NCBI GenBank assembly: GCA_964586315.1
Contig: CAZPHE010000002.1
Location: forward strand, 31,706 to 95,705
From: an uncultured bacterium
GTDB taxonomy: Bacteria; Fidelibacterota; Marinisomatia; Marinisomatales; UBA1611
Length of the DNA stretch: 64,000 nt
Direction: 5' to 3'
Shown here: piece by piece, positions 1 to 9,976 of the stretch
Layout: each line of letters opens with the position of its first letter
How positions within the stretch are numbered: position 1 is the stretch's first letter
Position numbers and translations under genes: made by a program
The notes under the pieces: model-generated
Databases searched by the model: none
What the model was told of the DNA's origin: nothing
What the model saw: only the letters and a program-made list of their open reading frames with translations

Positions 1-1
1 T

Positions 2-1030
2 TTGTGGGCTCTTCCATTATTAATTTTAAGATCAGAAGAAAGAGCTATACCATATATAGTATTTAGTCTAATCAATGTAATAACAACAATGCTGTTAAAT
101 ATTATATTTGTCATTCATTGTGGATATGGCATAGAAGGAGTATTTAAAGCAAATATTTTAGCATCTGGAATAGTATTTTTACTATCTCTACCAATTATTA
201 TTAAACGAATTGATTTAAGAATATTAGATAAAAAAACCTTTATAAAAATATTGTCTTTTGGGTTGCCATTTCTACCTGCAGGTATATTCACGATGGTGAT
301 GGAATTATCTGATCGTTATCTATTGGAATGGTTTTTAGGTACATCGGAAGTAGGTCTTTATTCCGCAGGAAAAAAAATGGGGATGCTGGGACTTACTGTG
401 GTTATGGGATTTAATATGGGTTGGACACCATATTTTCTTAAAAGAGGTAAAGAAACTGGAGCTAGAATTGAATTTGCAAAAGTCACAACTTTATTTTTAG
501 GAATTATGGGTTATTTATTAATATTGGTAAGTCTTTGGATAACTGATATTATGCAGTTTTCTATTGCTGGACAACCCTTGATAGGGCATCAATTTTGGGA
601 TTGTAAACCAGTAGTCCCAATTATTCTTCTTGGATATTTTTTCTTTGGTACCTACGTGTTACAGCTTCCAGGAGTCTATATTAAAGAGATTACTAAATGG
701 GTGCCGATATTTCGCATTGTTGGTGCATCCACATTAATCATTTCTAGTATTTTTCTTATTCCTTTTGTAGGGTTTGTAGGTGCGGCATATGGAGTAGTTT
801 TGGCTTATTTTTCTATGAGTGCAGCCATTTATTTTAAAACGTATCGTATCTACCCTACACCCTATAATTGGCGTGGATTTATAACACCTCTTATTTTTTT
901 ATTAGGAATACAATTTGGAATTGAAAGTATATATTCTAAGATAGCAATTATAATTTTTTATCCTTTTATTTGGTATGGATTTACTCTGAATAAGAATGAG
1001 AAAGTAAGTTTGGTAAGGTTGATCAAATGA
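2..1030 (+). CDS. polysaccharide/O-antigen flippase (MOP/Wzx-type polytopic membrane protein), C-terminal part; 5' end lies outside the window
   Basis: ORF is open at the window start. The translation is hydrophobic throughout with many predicted TM helices. Its stop overlaps the next start (ATGA) at the head of a glycosyltransferase operon. Confidence 0.65.
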   Translation: MWALPLLILRSEERAIPYIVFSLINVITTMLLNIIFVIHCGYGIEGVFKANILASGIVFLLSLPIIIKRIDLRILDKKTFIKILSFGLPFLPAGIFTMVMELSDRYLLEWFLGTSEVGLYSAGKKMGMLGLTVVMGFNMGWTPYFLKRGKETGARIEFAKVTTLFLGIMGYLLILVSLWITDIMQFSIAGQPLIGHQFWDCKPVVPIILLGYFFFGTYVLQLPGVYIKEITKWVPIFRIVGASTLIISSIFLIPFVGFVGAAYGVVLAYFSMSAAIYFKTYRIYPTPYNWRGFITPLIFLLGIQFGIESIYSKIAIIIFYPFIWYGFTLNKNEKVSLVRLIK

Positions 1031-2136
1031 TAGCAGTTGTTTCTTGTGATCATAATCCTGATGATGAGCGAATTTTTCATAAACAGATTCAGTCTTTAAT
1101 AGAAAAGCGATTCCAGCTAATTTATTTTACAAGATCTGATAAAAATCTGGATTTATCAAATAGTTTGATTAAGCATTACAATTTTAGAAAAAATATGGAT
1201 ATAAAAACCTATATAAATACTGTCGGGGATATTCTTTTTACCATTAAGGATTTAAGTCATGTTCAAATTCATGAAACAGATTTATTGCGTCTTCTAAAAA
1301 ATATTAAATTAAAACAAATTAATATTTCAACTATTTATGATGTCCATGAGAATATGGAAGCTCTTTATCGTACGTTTTCTAATCGTACCAAATTATTAAA
1401 AGAATTATCTATTTTTATTCGTCAATTAAAAGAAAAAAAATACTTGAAATATGTAGATAAAATTATCCTTGCCAATCCACCACTTTCTAATAATTATTAT
1501 ATAAATGCAGACATACCAACAACAATTATTGAAAACTTTCCAGAATTAAAATATTTAAAAACAGTTCCAAGTGTTTTACGTAAAAACCATTCGATTATTT
1601 ATCATGGCCACCTTGGCCCAGAAAGAGGCATACAAGATTTAGTTAAAGCGATGACTGATGTAATACAGCATTTTCCAGAAGCGGCGCTTACTCTTATAGG
1701 TACCTTTAGAACAAAGATATTTAGAACCCAAATATATCGTTTAATTGATGATTTAAAACTTAATCAATCAATACATATATTTGATCAGATTCCACATGTA
1801 GATATTTGGACTCATCTTTCTAAACATACTATTGGTGTTATTCCTTTTAGAAAGACACCGCTCACTAAAGAGAATACGCCAACGAAACTTTTTGAAATGA
1901 TGGTTGCTGGATTAAAAATTGTTTCTAGCGATTTACCGCCAACACGGAATTTTGTTGGTAATTCTATCCATTGGTCTGAACCGGGAGATGTATTTTCACT
2001 TGCGTCTGCTCTTATTCATGCCTGTTCCATGCCTAATAATCATCATAATCTTCGAAAGAACAAAGAATTAATCAAAAAAAATTACAATTGGGAAAAAAAT
2101 AAAGATAAATATCTCTCTCTATTCTATTCGCGATGA
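1027..2136 (+). CDS. glycosyltransferase, GT4-like (GT-B fold)
   Basis: C-terminal motif 'TPTKLFEMMVAGLKIVSSDLPP' resembles the GT4 E-x7-E/sugar-donor region. Start and stop overlap both neighbours. Confidence 0.65.
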   Translation: MIAVVSCDHNPDDERIFHKQIQSLIEKRFQLIYFTRSDKNLDLSNSLIKHYNFRKNMDIKTYINTVGDILFTIKDLSHVQIHETDLLRLLKNIKLKQINISTIYDVHENMEALYRTFSNRTKLLKELSIFIRQLKEKKYLKYVDKIILANPPLSNNYYINADIPTTIIENFPELKYLKTVPSVLRKNHSIIYHGHLGPERGIQDLVKAMTDVIQHFPEAALTLIGTFRTKIFRTQIYRLIDDLKLNQSIHIFDQIPHVDIWTHLSKHTIGVIPFRKTPLTKENTPTKLFEMMVAGLKIVSSDLPPTRNFVGNSIHWSEPGDVFSLASALIHACSMPNNHHNLRKNKELIKKNYNWEKNKDKYLSLFYSR

Positions 2137-3221
2137 AAATATTATATATATCACCAGAAAATACAGTTGGAACACTTACATTATGGAAAAAAGAGCATGA
2201 ATCTCGTGGCCATCAATGTCGGACAATAACCTTTTTTAAAAATCCAAAAAGTTATAATGAAGATATTTGTTTGAATCTCCCATTTAATTTTACTTTACCA
2301 ATAATGTCACAATTAAGAAATTATATATATAAGTATTATCGTGGGAAAGAAGGGTATCATAAAAAAAAAGATGGCTATCCTCCTGTTTGGGAGCCAGAAG
2401 GATTTCTTGATCGTTCTTTTTTTAAGTTTAAGGATTTTCTGTGGAAGCCAATAGTTGAAAGAGCAATTATAAAATATCATTTATATGATTTTGATGTTTT
2501 TCATTTTGAAAGTGGAACGGATTTTCTGAAAAATGAATTTTTTGTAAAAGAATTAAAAAACAAAGATAAAAAAATTATTTGTCATTATCATGGTGAAGAT
2601 TTAAGAGCTCGAGGTGTTATGCCATTTATTAATAAGGAATCAGATCTTAATCTTACCAATGAATTGGATTTATTAAATAAACATCCAAATATACATTATA
2701 TTTTTTTACCTTTTGAAACCTCTGCGTTTATAGAAAAAAAACAACTTAATGATACCTTGCGTGTATCACACGCGCCTACCAATCGTTTTTATAAGGGTTC
2801 GGACCATATAATATCTACATGTGAACAATTACAAAGTGAGGGCCATATTGATTTTGATCTTATAGAGAATGTTCCTCATGAAACTGTCTTAAAAAAGAAA
2901 GCTAAATCAGATATATTTATAGACCAAATTGGCAATCGAGGAGGATGGGGTTATGGTATGAATTCGGTGGAAGCACTTTCCATGGGTATTTGCACACTGA
3001 CTGAGATGAATGATAAATATAATACTTTTTTACCTGATCATCCGTTTATCCACGTCACTAAAAATACTTTAGATTATGAACTTCGGGCACTTATTAACAA
3101 TAGGGAAAAAATCCTACTGCATAGTACAAATGGAAAGATGTGGGTTGAAAAAATCCATGACGTGGGGAAAGTTGCGGATTCTCTCTATGATTATTACAGA
3201 TCGATAGGACTTATATGTTAA
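2133..3221 (+). CDS. putative glycosyltransferase (GT-B-like), divergent
   Basis: 'GWGYGMNSVEALSMGICTLTE' resembles the GT4 C-terminal motif. Operon context between two glycosyltransferases, with overlapping start and stop. Confidence 0.45.
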   Translation: MKILYISPENTVGTLTLWKKEHESRGHQCRTITFFKNPKSYNEDICLNLPFNFTLPIMSQLRNYIYKYYRGKEGYHKKKDGYPPVWEPEGFLDRSFFKFKDFLWKPIVERAIIKYHLYDFDVFHFESGTDFLKNEFFVKELKNKDKKIICHYHGEDLRARGVMPFINKESDLNLTNELDLLNKHPNIHYIFLPFETSAFIEKKQLNDTLRVSHAPTNRFYKGSDHIISTCEQLQSEGHIDFDLIENVPHETVLKKKAKSDIFIDQIGNRGGWGYGMNSVEALSMGICTLTEMNDKYNTFLPDHPFIHVTKNTLDYELRALINNREKILLHSTNGKMWVEKIHDVGKVADSLYDYYRSIGLIC

Positions 3222-4306
3222 ATAATCAAATTTACAGGCCAGCCCATTTGGTTTTTGCAAATTTGGTGAGTTTAATTTTATATCCATATTATGCCATTTG
3301 TAATTTTTTTCGTACCAAAAATTCTATAGAGAAAATTGAAATTAAAACTATTCTTGTTACAGAGTATCATCGCATTGGTGATATTTTAATAATTGCACAA
3401 CCGTTGGATTCTATTAAGAAAAAATTTCCTAATGCTAAGCTAGTTTTAGTTTGCCACCAATCAGCGGCTAAACTTGCTGAACATTTAGGGTTAGCTGATG
3501 AAGTGTTATCAGTTATGGTGCCTTGGACAAATTGGAATTGGTCATTAATTCATTGGATTCAAGCTAGATCCTTTGCGCGACAATTAAGAAAAAAAGAAAT
3601 AGACTTGGCATTTGATTTTAAAGGAGATTTAAGAAATGCTTGGTTTCTATGGCAAATGAAGCCGAAAGTTAGTTTTGGATATTTAACAACGGGCGGTAAA
3701 TATTTTTTTACTAATTCATTTAAAATGGATCCAAATCTTCATCAATCTATCCGTGCGGAAAAATTAATCAGCGAAGTTGGCTGTAAACCGAATAATAAAA
3801 ATCTTCCCAAATCAAAGTTAAACACAGATGGAATGATAGCTTTTCATATGGGGACTAGTGATTCAAGAAGATCATGGCCTGTAAAACATTGGTTAAAGTT
3901 GGCAAAATTGCTATCATCTAATTACCAAATTAGTTTAGTGAAAACCTCTGAAGCATCAGATTTACAAAAATTATTTAAGAATACAACATTAAATATTAAA
4001 GTTTTTCAAGGAGATTTAATCGAGTTTAAAAACTGGTTGGAGAATCAGAGATGTTTAATTTCACCTGATTCCATGGCAGGTCATCTTGCCGCACATGTTG
4101 GCATTCCAGTATTTACTATTTTCGGTTCTCAAAATCCTAATTTAACACGTCCTATAAGTAATATTAGTACCGTAATAGCACCGGATATTCCGTGTGAGCA
4201 TCAACGTAGTCATTGGCGTTTATGTCAAGATTGTATGGAATCTGTATCACCAAAAAAGGTAGCCAAAACGATCATAAATAAACTGTCTAGTTTTGAAAGT
4301 CAATAA
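3215..4306 (+). CDS. glycosyltransferase family 9 (LPS heptosyltransferase-like)
   Basis: 'ILVTEYHRIGDILIIAQPL' N-terminal pattern and 'PDSMAGHLAAHVGIPVFTIFGSQNP' (compare RfaF/RfaC 'DSGxMHxAAAxxxPxxxLYG'). Confidence 0.75.
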   Translation: MLNNQIYRPAHLVFANLVSLILYPYYAICNFFRTKNSIEKIEIKTILVTEYHRIGDILIIAQPLDSIKKKFPNAKLVLVCHQSAAKLAEHLGLADEVLSVMVPWTNWNWSLIHWIQARSFARQLRKKEIDLAFDFKGDLRNAWFLWQMKPKVSFGYLTTGGKYFFTNSFKMDPNLHQSIRAEKLISEVGCKPNNKNLPKSKLNTDGMIAFHMGTSDSRRSWPVKHWLKLAKLLSSNYQISLVKTSEASDLQKLFKNTTLNIKVFQGDLIEFKNWLENQRCLISPDSMAGHLAAHVGIPVFTIFGSQNPNLTRPISNISTVIAPDIPCEHQRSHWRLCQDCMESVSPKKVAKTIINKLSSFESQ

Positions 4307-4476
4307 TAAATATAAATATTGTCAATAACTCCATTATTAGTAAATTTACTCAATGAAAAAAAGAATGACCTTGAATTTCAATCAAGATTCTATTAAGTCA
4401 ATCTTTTTTCATGTGATTGAGATTATTGCACTCGGTAATATTCTCAACCAAAAAACCAAACCAAGGAGGTATCGGC

Positions 4477-4686
4477 ATGGCTGATGTTACTTCAACCGTA
4501 TCAAATGCAGCATCTGGTGTAGTGGGTGTAATTAAAGCGCTCATTGTGTTGTTTGTTTTTGTCAACATTATTTATTCCACGGGTTTTGATCCTATTGGCG
4601 GAATTGTAGATCTTGTAAATACATTTTTAGATGGTGGATTTGCTGGGCTACTTGCTTTGTTGGTTTTTCTCTCGTTTCTGGCATAA
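4477..4686 (+). CDS. small 2-TM membrane protein, paralog A (69 aa from the ATG at 4477)
   Basis: The track ORF starts at 4417 with TTG, but the ATG at 4477 is preceded by a strong SD, 'ccAAGGAGGtatcggcATG'. Two hydrophobic helices. C-terminal motif 'DGGFAGLLAL' is shared with the next ORF. Confidence 0.6.
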   Translation: MADVTSTVSNAASGVVGVIKALIVLFVFVNIIYSTGFDPIGGIVDLVNTFLDGGFAGLLALLVFLSFLA

Positions 4687-4752
4687 TAACACAGGATAAA
4701 TTAGGAAGATTATTTACTTTAATCTGCCTAATCCTGAAAACAGGAGGAAACT

Positions 4753-4968
4753 ATGCTTAAAGGCATGCAACAGGTAAATGAATGGCTAGCTCAGCTTACT
4801 GACTTAGCTAAAACCTTAGTCGTGATCGGTATTATTGTAGGAATTCTGTTTGATGATTACTTTGGTGTTATCGCAGGATTAGGACGTGTTATGTCCCAGT
4901 TTGGCGATGCAGGATTTGCAGGAATACTAGCTCTGGCTATTTTAGTAATGTGGTACGAAAAAAAATAG
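4753..4968 (+). CDS. small 2-TM membrane protein, paralog B (71 aa)
   Basis: SD 'acAGGAGGaaactATG'. Aligns with paralog A (K-x-L-[IV]-V ... F ... G ... F-x-D-[GA]-GFAG-[LI]-LAL). Followed by a GC-rich intrinsic terminator. Confidence 0.65.
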   Translation: MLKGMQQVNEWLAQLTDLAKTLVVIGIIVGILFDDYFGVIAGLGRVMSQFGDAGFAGILALAILVMWYEKK

Positions 4969-4988
4969 ATTGAAATTGAAATCAGAGA

Positions 4989-5019
4989 AAGCGCCCCGAT
5001 TCGGGGCGCTTTTGTTTTA
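4989..5019 (+). terminator. Rho-independent terminator
   Basis: 'aaGCGCCCCgattCGGGGCGCttttgtttt': a GC-rich 7-8 bp stem, short loop and T-tract immediately after the small-protein pair. Confidence 0.85.
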
Positions 5020-5102
5020 AGTTCTAAACTGCGTTTGGATAGATAATTATCATTAAAACTATGGTAATGCGTTTTTATATTGTATTTATTTAACCATTAA
5101 TT

Positions 5103-6575
5103 TTGTCAATGAAATATAGTATCTTGATTTTTTTAGTTGCTGCAATTGTATATGGAGATATACATGTGTTTAATCGCCGCGCAGGTACAGAATCTGAAAT
5201 TAGGATACTACCAAATTCTAACCCCCTTTATATTTCTGCAAAAGATTTAGCACAATCTTTAACTTCAAAGATATATGAAAATTCAGAAAGACAGAAACTG
5301 GTTTTATATATTGGTTCTAATAAAATTAAAATTTCTGGCAATAGTAGCTATATAATTATTGATGACAAGCCATTTCAAATGACCTCAGCAATTCGTGCGG
5401 AATTAGATGATTTATATATCCCAGCTATAGATTTTTTTGATATTTTAAAGATGACTATAATGCCTGGAATTAATTTTGATTCTAAAAAGGAATTACTAGA
5501 AATTGATGTTATTAAATTTAATATCACCGATATTAAAATAGATGTAAAGTCTAACGGTACAATAATCAGACTTTCTACGAAGAAACCATTTTCTGAAAAT
5601 GGAGTTAGTTCCTTTATTAATAAACATGGATGGTTCTATTTAACTGTATCAGATGGGATAGTAGATACATCTATTATAAATACAGGTTTAACACGTGGAG
5701 TTGTTCGACAAATTGAATCAGACCAAATTGGAAAAACAGCTCAGGTTGCATTTAAGCTTGGTTCTGAAGTTATAAGCCATGAATGGTATCAAAGTCTAGA
5801 TCCCAATGAAATTGTCATAACATTACGCACTCCATTAGGAAAACTAAATGAGCATATTAAAGATGTCAAAGAAAAATGGAAATTAGATACTGTTGTTTTA
5901 GATGCTGGACATGGAGGAAAAGATCCAGGCTCACAAGGTAAATATGGTACAAAAGAGAAAGATGTTGTTTTAGATATAACAAAACGTATTGGGAAACTAT
6001 TAAAAAAAGCGGGTATTAATGTTATATATACGAGAGAAGAGGATGTTTTTATACCACTTATTGATCGTACTAAAATGGCCAATGATTCCAACGGAAAATT
6101 GTTTGTTAGTATCCATGCAAATTCTAATAATAATCGTAAAATACAAGGTTTTGAAACATATCTCTTACGCCCAGGTAAAAGTGAAGATGCGATAGAAGTT
6201 GCATCACGAGAAAATTCTGTAATAAAATTTGAGGAAAAGACTGGTCAATATGAAAAATTAACTGGTGAAAATTTAATTATGGCAACAATGGCCCAAAGTA
6301 TGTTTATGAAAGAAAGTGAAGATTTAGCTTCTATTATTCAAATGGAATTGGATAAAAGATTGGAAACACCAAATCGCGGTGTAAAACAAGCAGGGTTTTA
6401 TGTACTTATAGGAGCATCCATGCCGAATGTTCTTGTTGAGGTAGGCTATCTTTCTAATCCTGATGAAGAAAAAAAATTGAAACGTGGGGACCATAAACAA
6501 AGAATAGCAGAATCTATTGTCTCAGGTATTAAACATTTTAAATATACAAGAGAAAAACTCTTAGCTAAAGAATAA
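5103..6575 (+). CDS. amiC: N-acetylmuramoyl-L-alanine amidase (Amidase_3, AmiC-like) with an N-terminal AMIN-like region
   Basis: 'VVLDAGHGGKDPGSQG', 'FVSIHANS' and 'PNVLVEVGYLSNPDEE' are Amidase_3 motifs. N-terminal signal-like helix. The start is ambiguous (TTG 5103 or ATG 5109). Confidence 0.85.
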   Translation: MSMKYSILIFLVAAIVYGDIHVFNRRAGTESEIRILPNSNPLYISAKDLAQSLTSKIYENSERQKLVLYIGSNKIKISGNSSYIIIDDKPFQMTSAIRAELDDLYIPAIDFFDILKMTIMPGINFDSKKELLEIDVIKFNITDIKIDVKSNGTIIRLSTKKPFSENGVSSFINKHGWFYLTVSDGIVDTSIINTGLTRGVVRQIESDQIGKTAQVAFKLGSEVISHEWYQSLDPNEIVITLRTPLGKLNEHIKDVKEKWKLDTVVLDAGHGGKDPGSQGKYGTKEKDVVLDITKRIGKLLKKAGINVIYTREEDVFIPLIDRTKMANDSNGKLFVSIHANSNNNRKIQGFETYLLRPGKSEDAIEVASRENSVIKFEEKTGQYEKLTGENLIMATMAQSMFMKESEDLASIIQMELDKRLETPNRGVKQAGFYVLIGASMPNVLVEVGYLSNPDEEKKLKRGDHKQRIAESIVSGIKHFKYTREKLLAKE

Positions 6576-6578
6576 AAT

Positions 6579-7376
6579 ATGGATAATAGGCCTATTGGAG
6601 TATTTGATTCAGGTATAGGAGGATTGACTGTTGTAAATACTCTAATAAAAATTTTGCCAGGTGAGACTATATACTATGTGGGTGATACAGCTAGAGTACC
6701 CTATGGTAATAAAAGTAAAAAACGTATCCAGCAGTTTAGTGCTGAGATTACTGAATGGTTAATAAAAAAAGATTGTAAAATGATTGTTGTGGCTTGTAAT
6801 ACAGTATCATCTTTAGCGTTGGATTATTTACAATTAAAATTTTCAATACCGATTATTGGTGTTATTAAACCAGGTGTAGATAACGCTGTTAATTCAACTA
6901 GAAACTTTAATATTGGGGTTATAGGAACTCAGGCAACAATTAATTCTAATGCTTATGGAAAATATCTAAAATCTATCAATCCATCAATAAAAACAGTAAG
7001 CCAATCGTGCCCTTTGTTTGTTCCGTTGGTGGAAGAAGGTTGGATAGATGGTGATATCCCTATGTCGATTGCTAAGGTTTACCTTGATAGAATAATAAAT
7101 GCTGAAGTTGATACAGTTATTTTAGGATGCACCCATTATCCATTATTGAAGGGAATTATCCAGTTGATTCTTGGTGAGAAAATAAATCTAGTTGATTCAG
7201 GGCAATCTATAGCCCAACTCGTAAAGTCTGAGTTAAGTAATAATAATTCTCTATCTAAAAACTGTTTAGGAGATATACATTGTTTTGTAACGGATGATGC
7301 AACATCTTTTAGCTCTCTAGCCAGTCGGTTTTTAAATAGAGATATACGAAAAACTATTATCATTGACATCTACTGA
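6579..7376 (+). CDS. murI: glutamate racemase
   Basis: 'VFDSGIGGLTV', 'VVACNTVSS', 'LGCTHYPLL' (both catalytic Cys motifs present). Confidence 0.92.
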   Translation: MDNRPIGVFDSGIGGLTVVNTLIKILPGETIYYVGDTARVPYGNKSKKRIQQFSAEITEWLIKKDCKMIVVACNTVSSLALDYLQLKFSIPIIGVIKPGVDNAVNSTRNFNIGVIGTQATINSNAYGKYLKSINPSIKTVSQSCPLFVPLVEEGWIDGDIPMSIAKVYLDRIINAEVDTVILGCTHYPLLKGIIQLILGEKINLVDSGQSIAQLVKSELSNNNSLSKNCLGDIHCFVTDDATSFSSLASRFLNRDIRKTIIIDIY

Positions 7377-8625
7377 ATTTTACCAATTACTGAATTCACT
7401 TTATTCCCTTCAAAGAAAAGGGATCAAACTCGGTCTTAGCCATACTCGCAGGCTATTAAATTTTTTAGGGAGCCCTCAACATAATTTTAAAATAATCCAC
7501 GTTGCAGGCACCAATGGAAAAGGATCAACATGTGTTCATATTGAAAGTATTTTGCGAGAAAATGGTTACAATGTGGGTTTATACACATCTCCCCATTTAA
7601 TAAAATTTAATGAACGCATTAGAGTTAATGGTATTCCTATTACCAATCATGACATTGTTCATTTCATGGATTTTGTTAAAAATGAAATAAAAAAAATACG
7701 ATCTACTTTTTTTGAAACTACAACTGCAATGGCTTTAGATTATTTTAATAAAAAACATATTGATGTTGCTGTTATTGAAACAGGTTTGGGTGGTAGGTTA
7801 GATGCCACAAATATAATAAAACCATACCTTACTGTTATGACACCGATTTCGATGGATCATATGGAAATCCTTGGAGACACTATACAAAAAATTGCTAAAG
7901 AAAAGGCAGGGATCATTAAAAAGAATATACCCTTAATTACTGCTCCTCAGATTCAAAAAGTGATGAATATTCTTGAAAAGAAAGCATTAGAAAAAAATAC
8001 AACAGTTATTCTTTCCGATTCTCCATCCTCTATTAAAATTACTAATCAAGGGACTACATTTTCACTTGGAAAACATACTATCACTACACCACTTCTTGGC
8101 TGTCATCAAGCTATTAATGCATCTTTGGCAATTTCTGCAACAAAATATTTTTGTTCAGATATAATACAAAAAAAAATAAATAAAGGGTTGAAGAATGTTG
8201 TCTGGCCAGGACGGATGCAAAAAATTTCGGAAAAAATCTATTATGATGTCGCTCATAATGAAGACGGAATTAAAAGAACATTAAATACAATAAAAAATCT
8301 GTATCCCAAATGTAACCTTTATGGATTGTTCTGTATTAAACAAAATAAAAATATTAAAAATATAATTGGAGTGATTTCAGGGCAGTTTAAGCAAGTTTTT
8401 GTATTGAATGATAAAAATGATTTATTAATTAATGCAACAGAGTTATATAAAAAATTAAAAGATTTCGGTTTTAAGAGTACTCCTGTTAAATCGATTAAAA
8501 GTGGTCTGATTCAGATTAATGGCTTTGGTGATGAAACAGGGATTACATTGATTTTTGGATCTCATTATATAGCTAAGGATATTTTTACTGCATTTGAAAT
8601 ATCTTTTGACTCAGTTAAAATTTGA
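7363..8625 (+). CDS. folC: bifunctional folylpolyglutamate synthase/dihydrofolate synthase
   Basis: Mur-ligase P-loop '[11 protein letters not shown]' and '[12 protein letters not shown]'. TTG start overlaps the murI end. Confidence 0.85.
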   Translation: MTSTEFYQLLNSLYSLQRKGIKLGLSHTRRLLNFLGSPQHNFKIIHVAGTNGKGSTCVHIESILRENGYNVGLYTSPHLIKFNERIRVNGIPITNHDIVHFMDFVKNEIKKIRSTFFETTTAMALDYFNKKHIDVAVIETGLGGRLDATNIIKPYLTVMTPISMDHMEILGDTIQKIAKEKAGIIKKNIPLITAPQIQKVMNILEKKALEKNTTVILSDSPSSIKITNQGTTFSLGKHTITTPLLGCHQAINASLAISATKYFCSDIIQKKINKGLKNVVWPGRMQKISEKIYYDVAHNEDGIKRTLNTIKNLYPKCNLYGLFCIKQNKNIKNIIGVISGQFKQVFVLNDKNDLLINATELYKKLKDFGFKSTPVKSIKSGLIQINGFGDETGITLIFGSHYIAKDIFTAFEISFDSVKI

Positions 8626-8701
8626 TGTAATTTTAGTCTACTCTGCTATTCCTGCCGAGTGTATTAATTTTTCTAGAATATATATAATAGGTGTAAAATA
8701 T

Positions 8702-9952
8702 ATGAATCTTAATGAATTACAATCTTTGCATATTCGTGAACTCACAGAATTAGCTCAAAAATTAAATGTTTCTGGCAATATTGCAGGCCTTAATAAACAA
8801 GAACTAACAATTAAAATTCTTGAAGCAAATGCAAAAAAAGAAGGGGCTTTTTCTGCTCGTGGTGTTTTAGAAGTTATGCAAGATGGATATGGGTTTCTTC
8901 GTTCGCCAGATTTTAATTATATGCCTGGGCCAGATGATATTTATGTTAGCCCATCTCAGATTAAACGATTTGGTTTAAAAACTGGGCACTTGGTATCAGG
9001 GCAAATAAGACCTCCAAAATCTAAAGAACGTTTTTATGCTTTATTAAAAGTAGAAACTGTTAATTCATCGCCAATTGATAAACTTCAGGATATAATATTA
9101 TTTGATAATTTCACTCCATTATATCCAGAAGAAAAATTCAATTTAGAAACAAAGTCTAAAGATTTATCTATGAGGATTATGGATTTAATATCTCCTATAG
9201 GTAAAGGGCAAAGAGGTCTGATTGTTGCCCAGCCAAAAACAGGAAAAACAATTCTAATGCAAAAATTAGCTAATTCTATTAGTGAGAATCATCCAGAAAC
9301 AAAAAGAATTGTTTTGTTAATAGATGAACGACCTGAAGAAGTGACAGATATGAAAAGGAATGTTAATGCAGAAGTCATCAGTTCTACATTTGATGAGCCA
9401 CCTGAGCGTCATGTGTCTGTAGCAGATATGGTTCTCCAAAAGGCAAAAAGGATGGTTGAATATGGAGATGATGTAGTGATTTTACTTGATAGTATCACAC
9501 GTTTAGCAAGGGCTCATAATGCTGTTATTCCACATAGTGGGAAAATTCTCTCAGGTGGAGTCGATTTTAATGCACTCAAAAAACCAAAACAATTTTTTGG
9601 TGCAGCGCGAAATACAGAGGAGGGCGGAAGTTTAACTATTGTTTCAACGGCACTTATTGATACTGGCAGTAGGGCTGATGAAGTGATTTTCGAAGAATTT
9701 AAAGGCACTGGTAATATGGAGCTTGTTCTTGATCGTAGATTAAGTGATAGAAGAACTTATCCAGCTTTCGATATAATTCGTTCAGGAACTAGAAAAGAAG
9801 AATTACTTCTAGGTCGTAAAGAATTAGGTAGAATGTGGATTCTTCGTAAACTTCTCAATGACATGAAGGTTGAAGAAGCTATGGAATTCATGCAAGATAG
9901 AATGAAACGTACAAAATCTAATGATGAATTTCTTGATACAATGAGCCAATAA
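8702..9952 (+). CDS. rho: transcription termination factor Rho
   Basis: '[21 protein letters not shown]' Rho N-terminal helix bundle, an OB-fold region, Walker A 'AQPKTGKT' and '[20 protein letters not shown]'. I use the ATG at 8702 rather than the track start at 8594. Confidence 0.95.
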   Translation: MNLNELQSLHIRELTELAQKLNVSGNIAGLNKQELTIKILEANAKKEGAFSARGVLEVMQDGYGFLRSPDFNYMPGPDDIYVSPSQIKRFGLKTGHLVSGQIRPPKSKERFYALLKVETVNSSPIDKLQDIILFDNFTPLYPEEKFNLETKSKDLSMRIMDLISPIGKGQRGLIVAQPKTGKTILMQKLANSISENHPETKRIVLLIDERPEEVTDMKRNVNAEVISSTFDEPPERHVSVADMVLQKAKRMVEYGDDVVILLDSITRLARAHNAVIPHSGKILSGGVDFNALKKPKQFFGAARNTEEGGSLTIVSTALIDTGSRADEVIFEEFKGTGNMELVLDRRLSDRRTYPAFDIIRSGTRKEELLLGRKELGRMWILRKLLNDMKVEEAMEFMQDRMKRTKSNDEFLDTMSQ

Positions 9953-9976
9953 TAATTTTGGAATTTAATATGTAAA

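Noticed and set aside
8594-8701. A 36-codon N-terminal extension of rho in the ORF track ([12 protein letters not shown]...).
   Set aside because: The extension overlaps the folC end and does not resemble Rho. The canonical Rho N-terminus ([18 protein letters not shown]) begins at the ATG at 8702.
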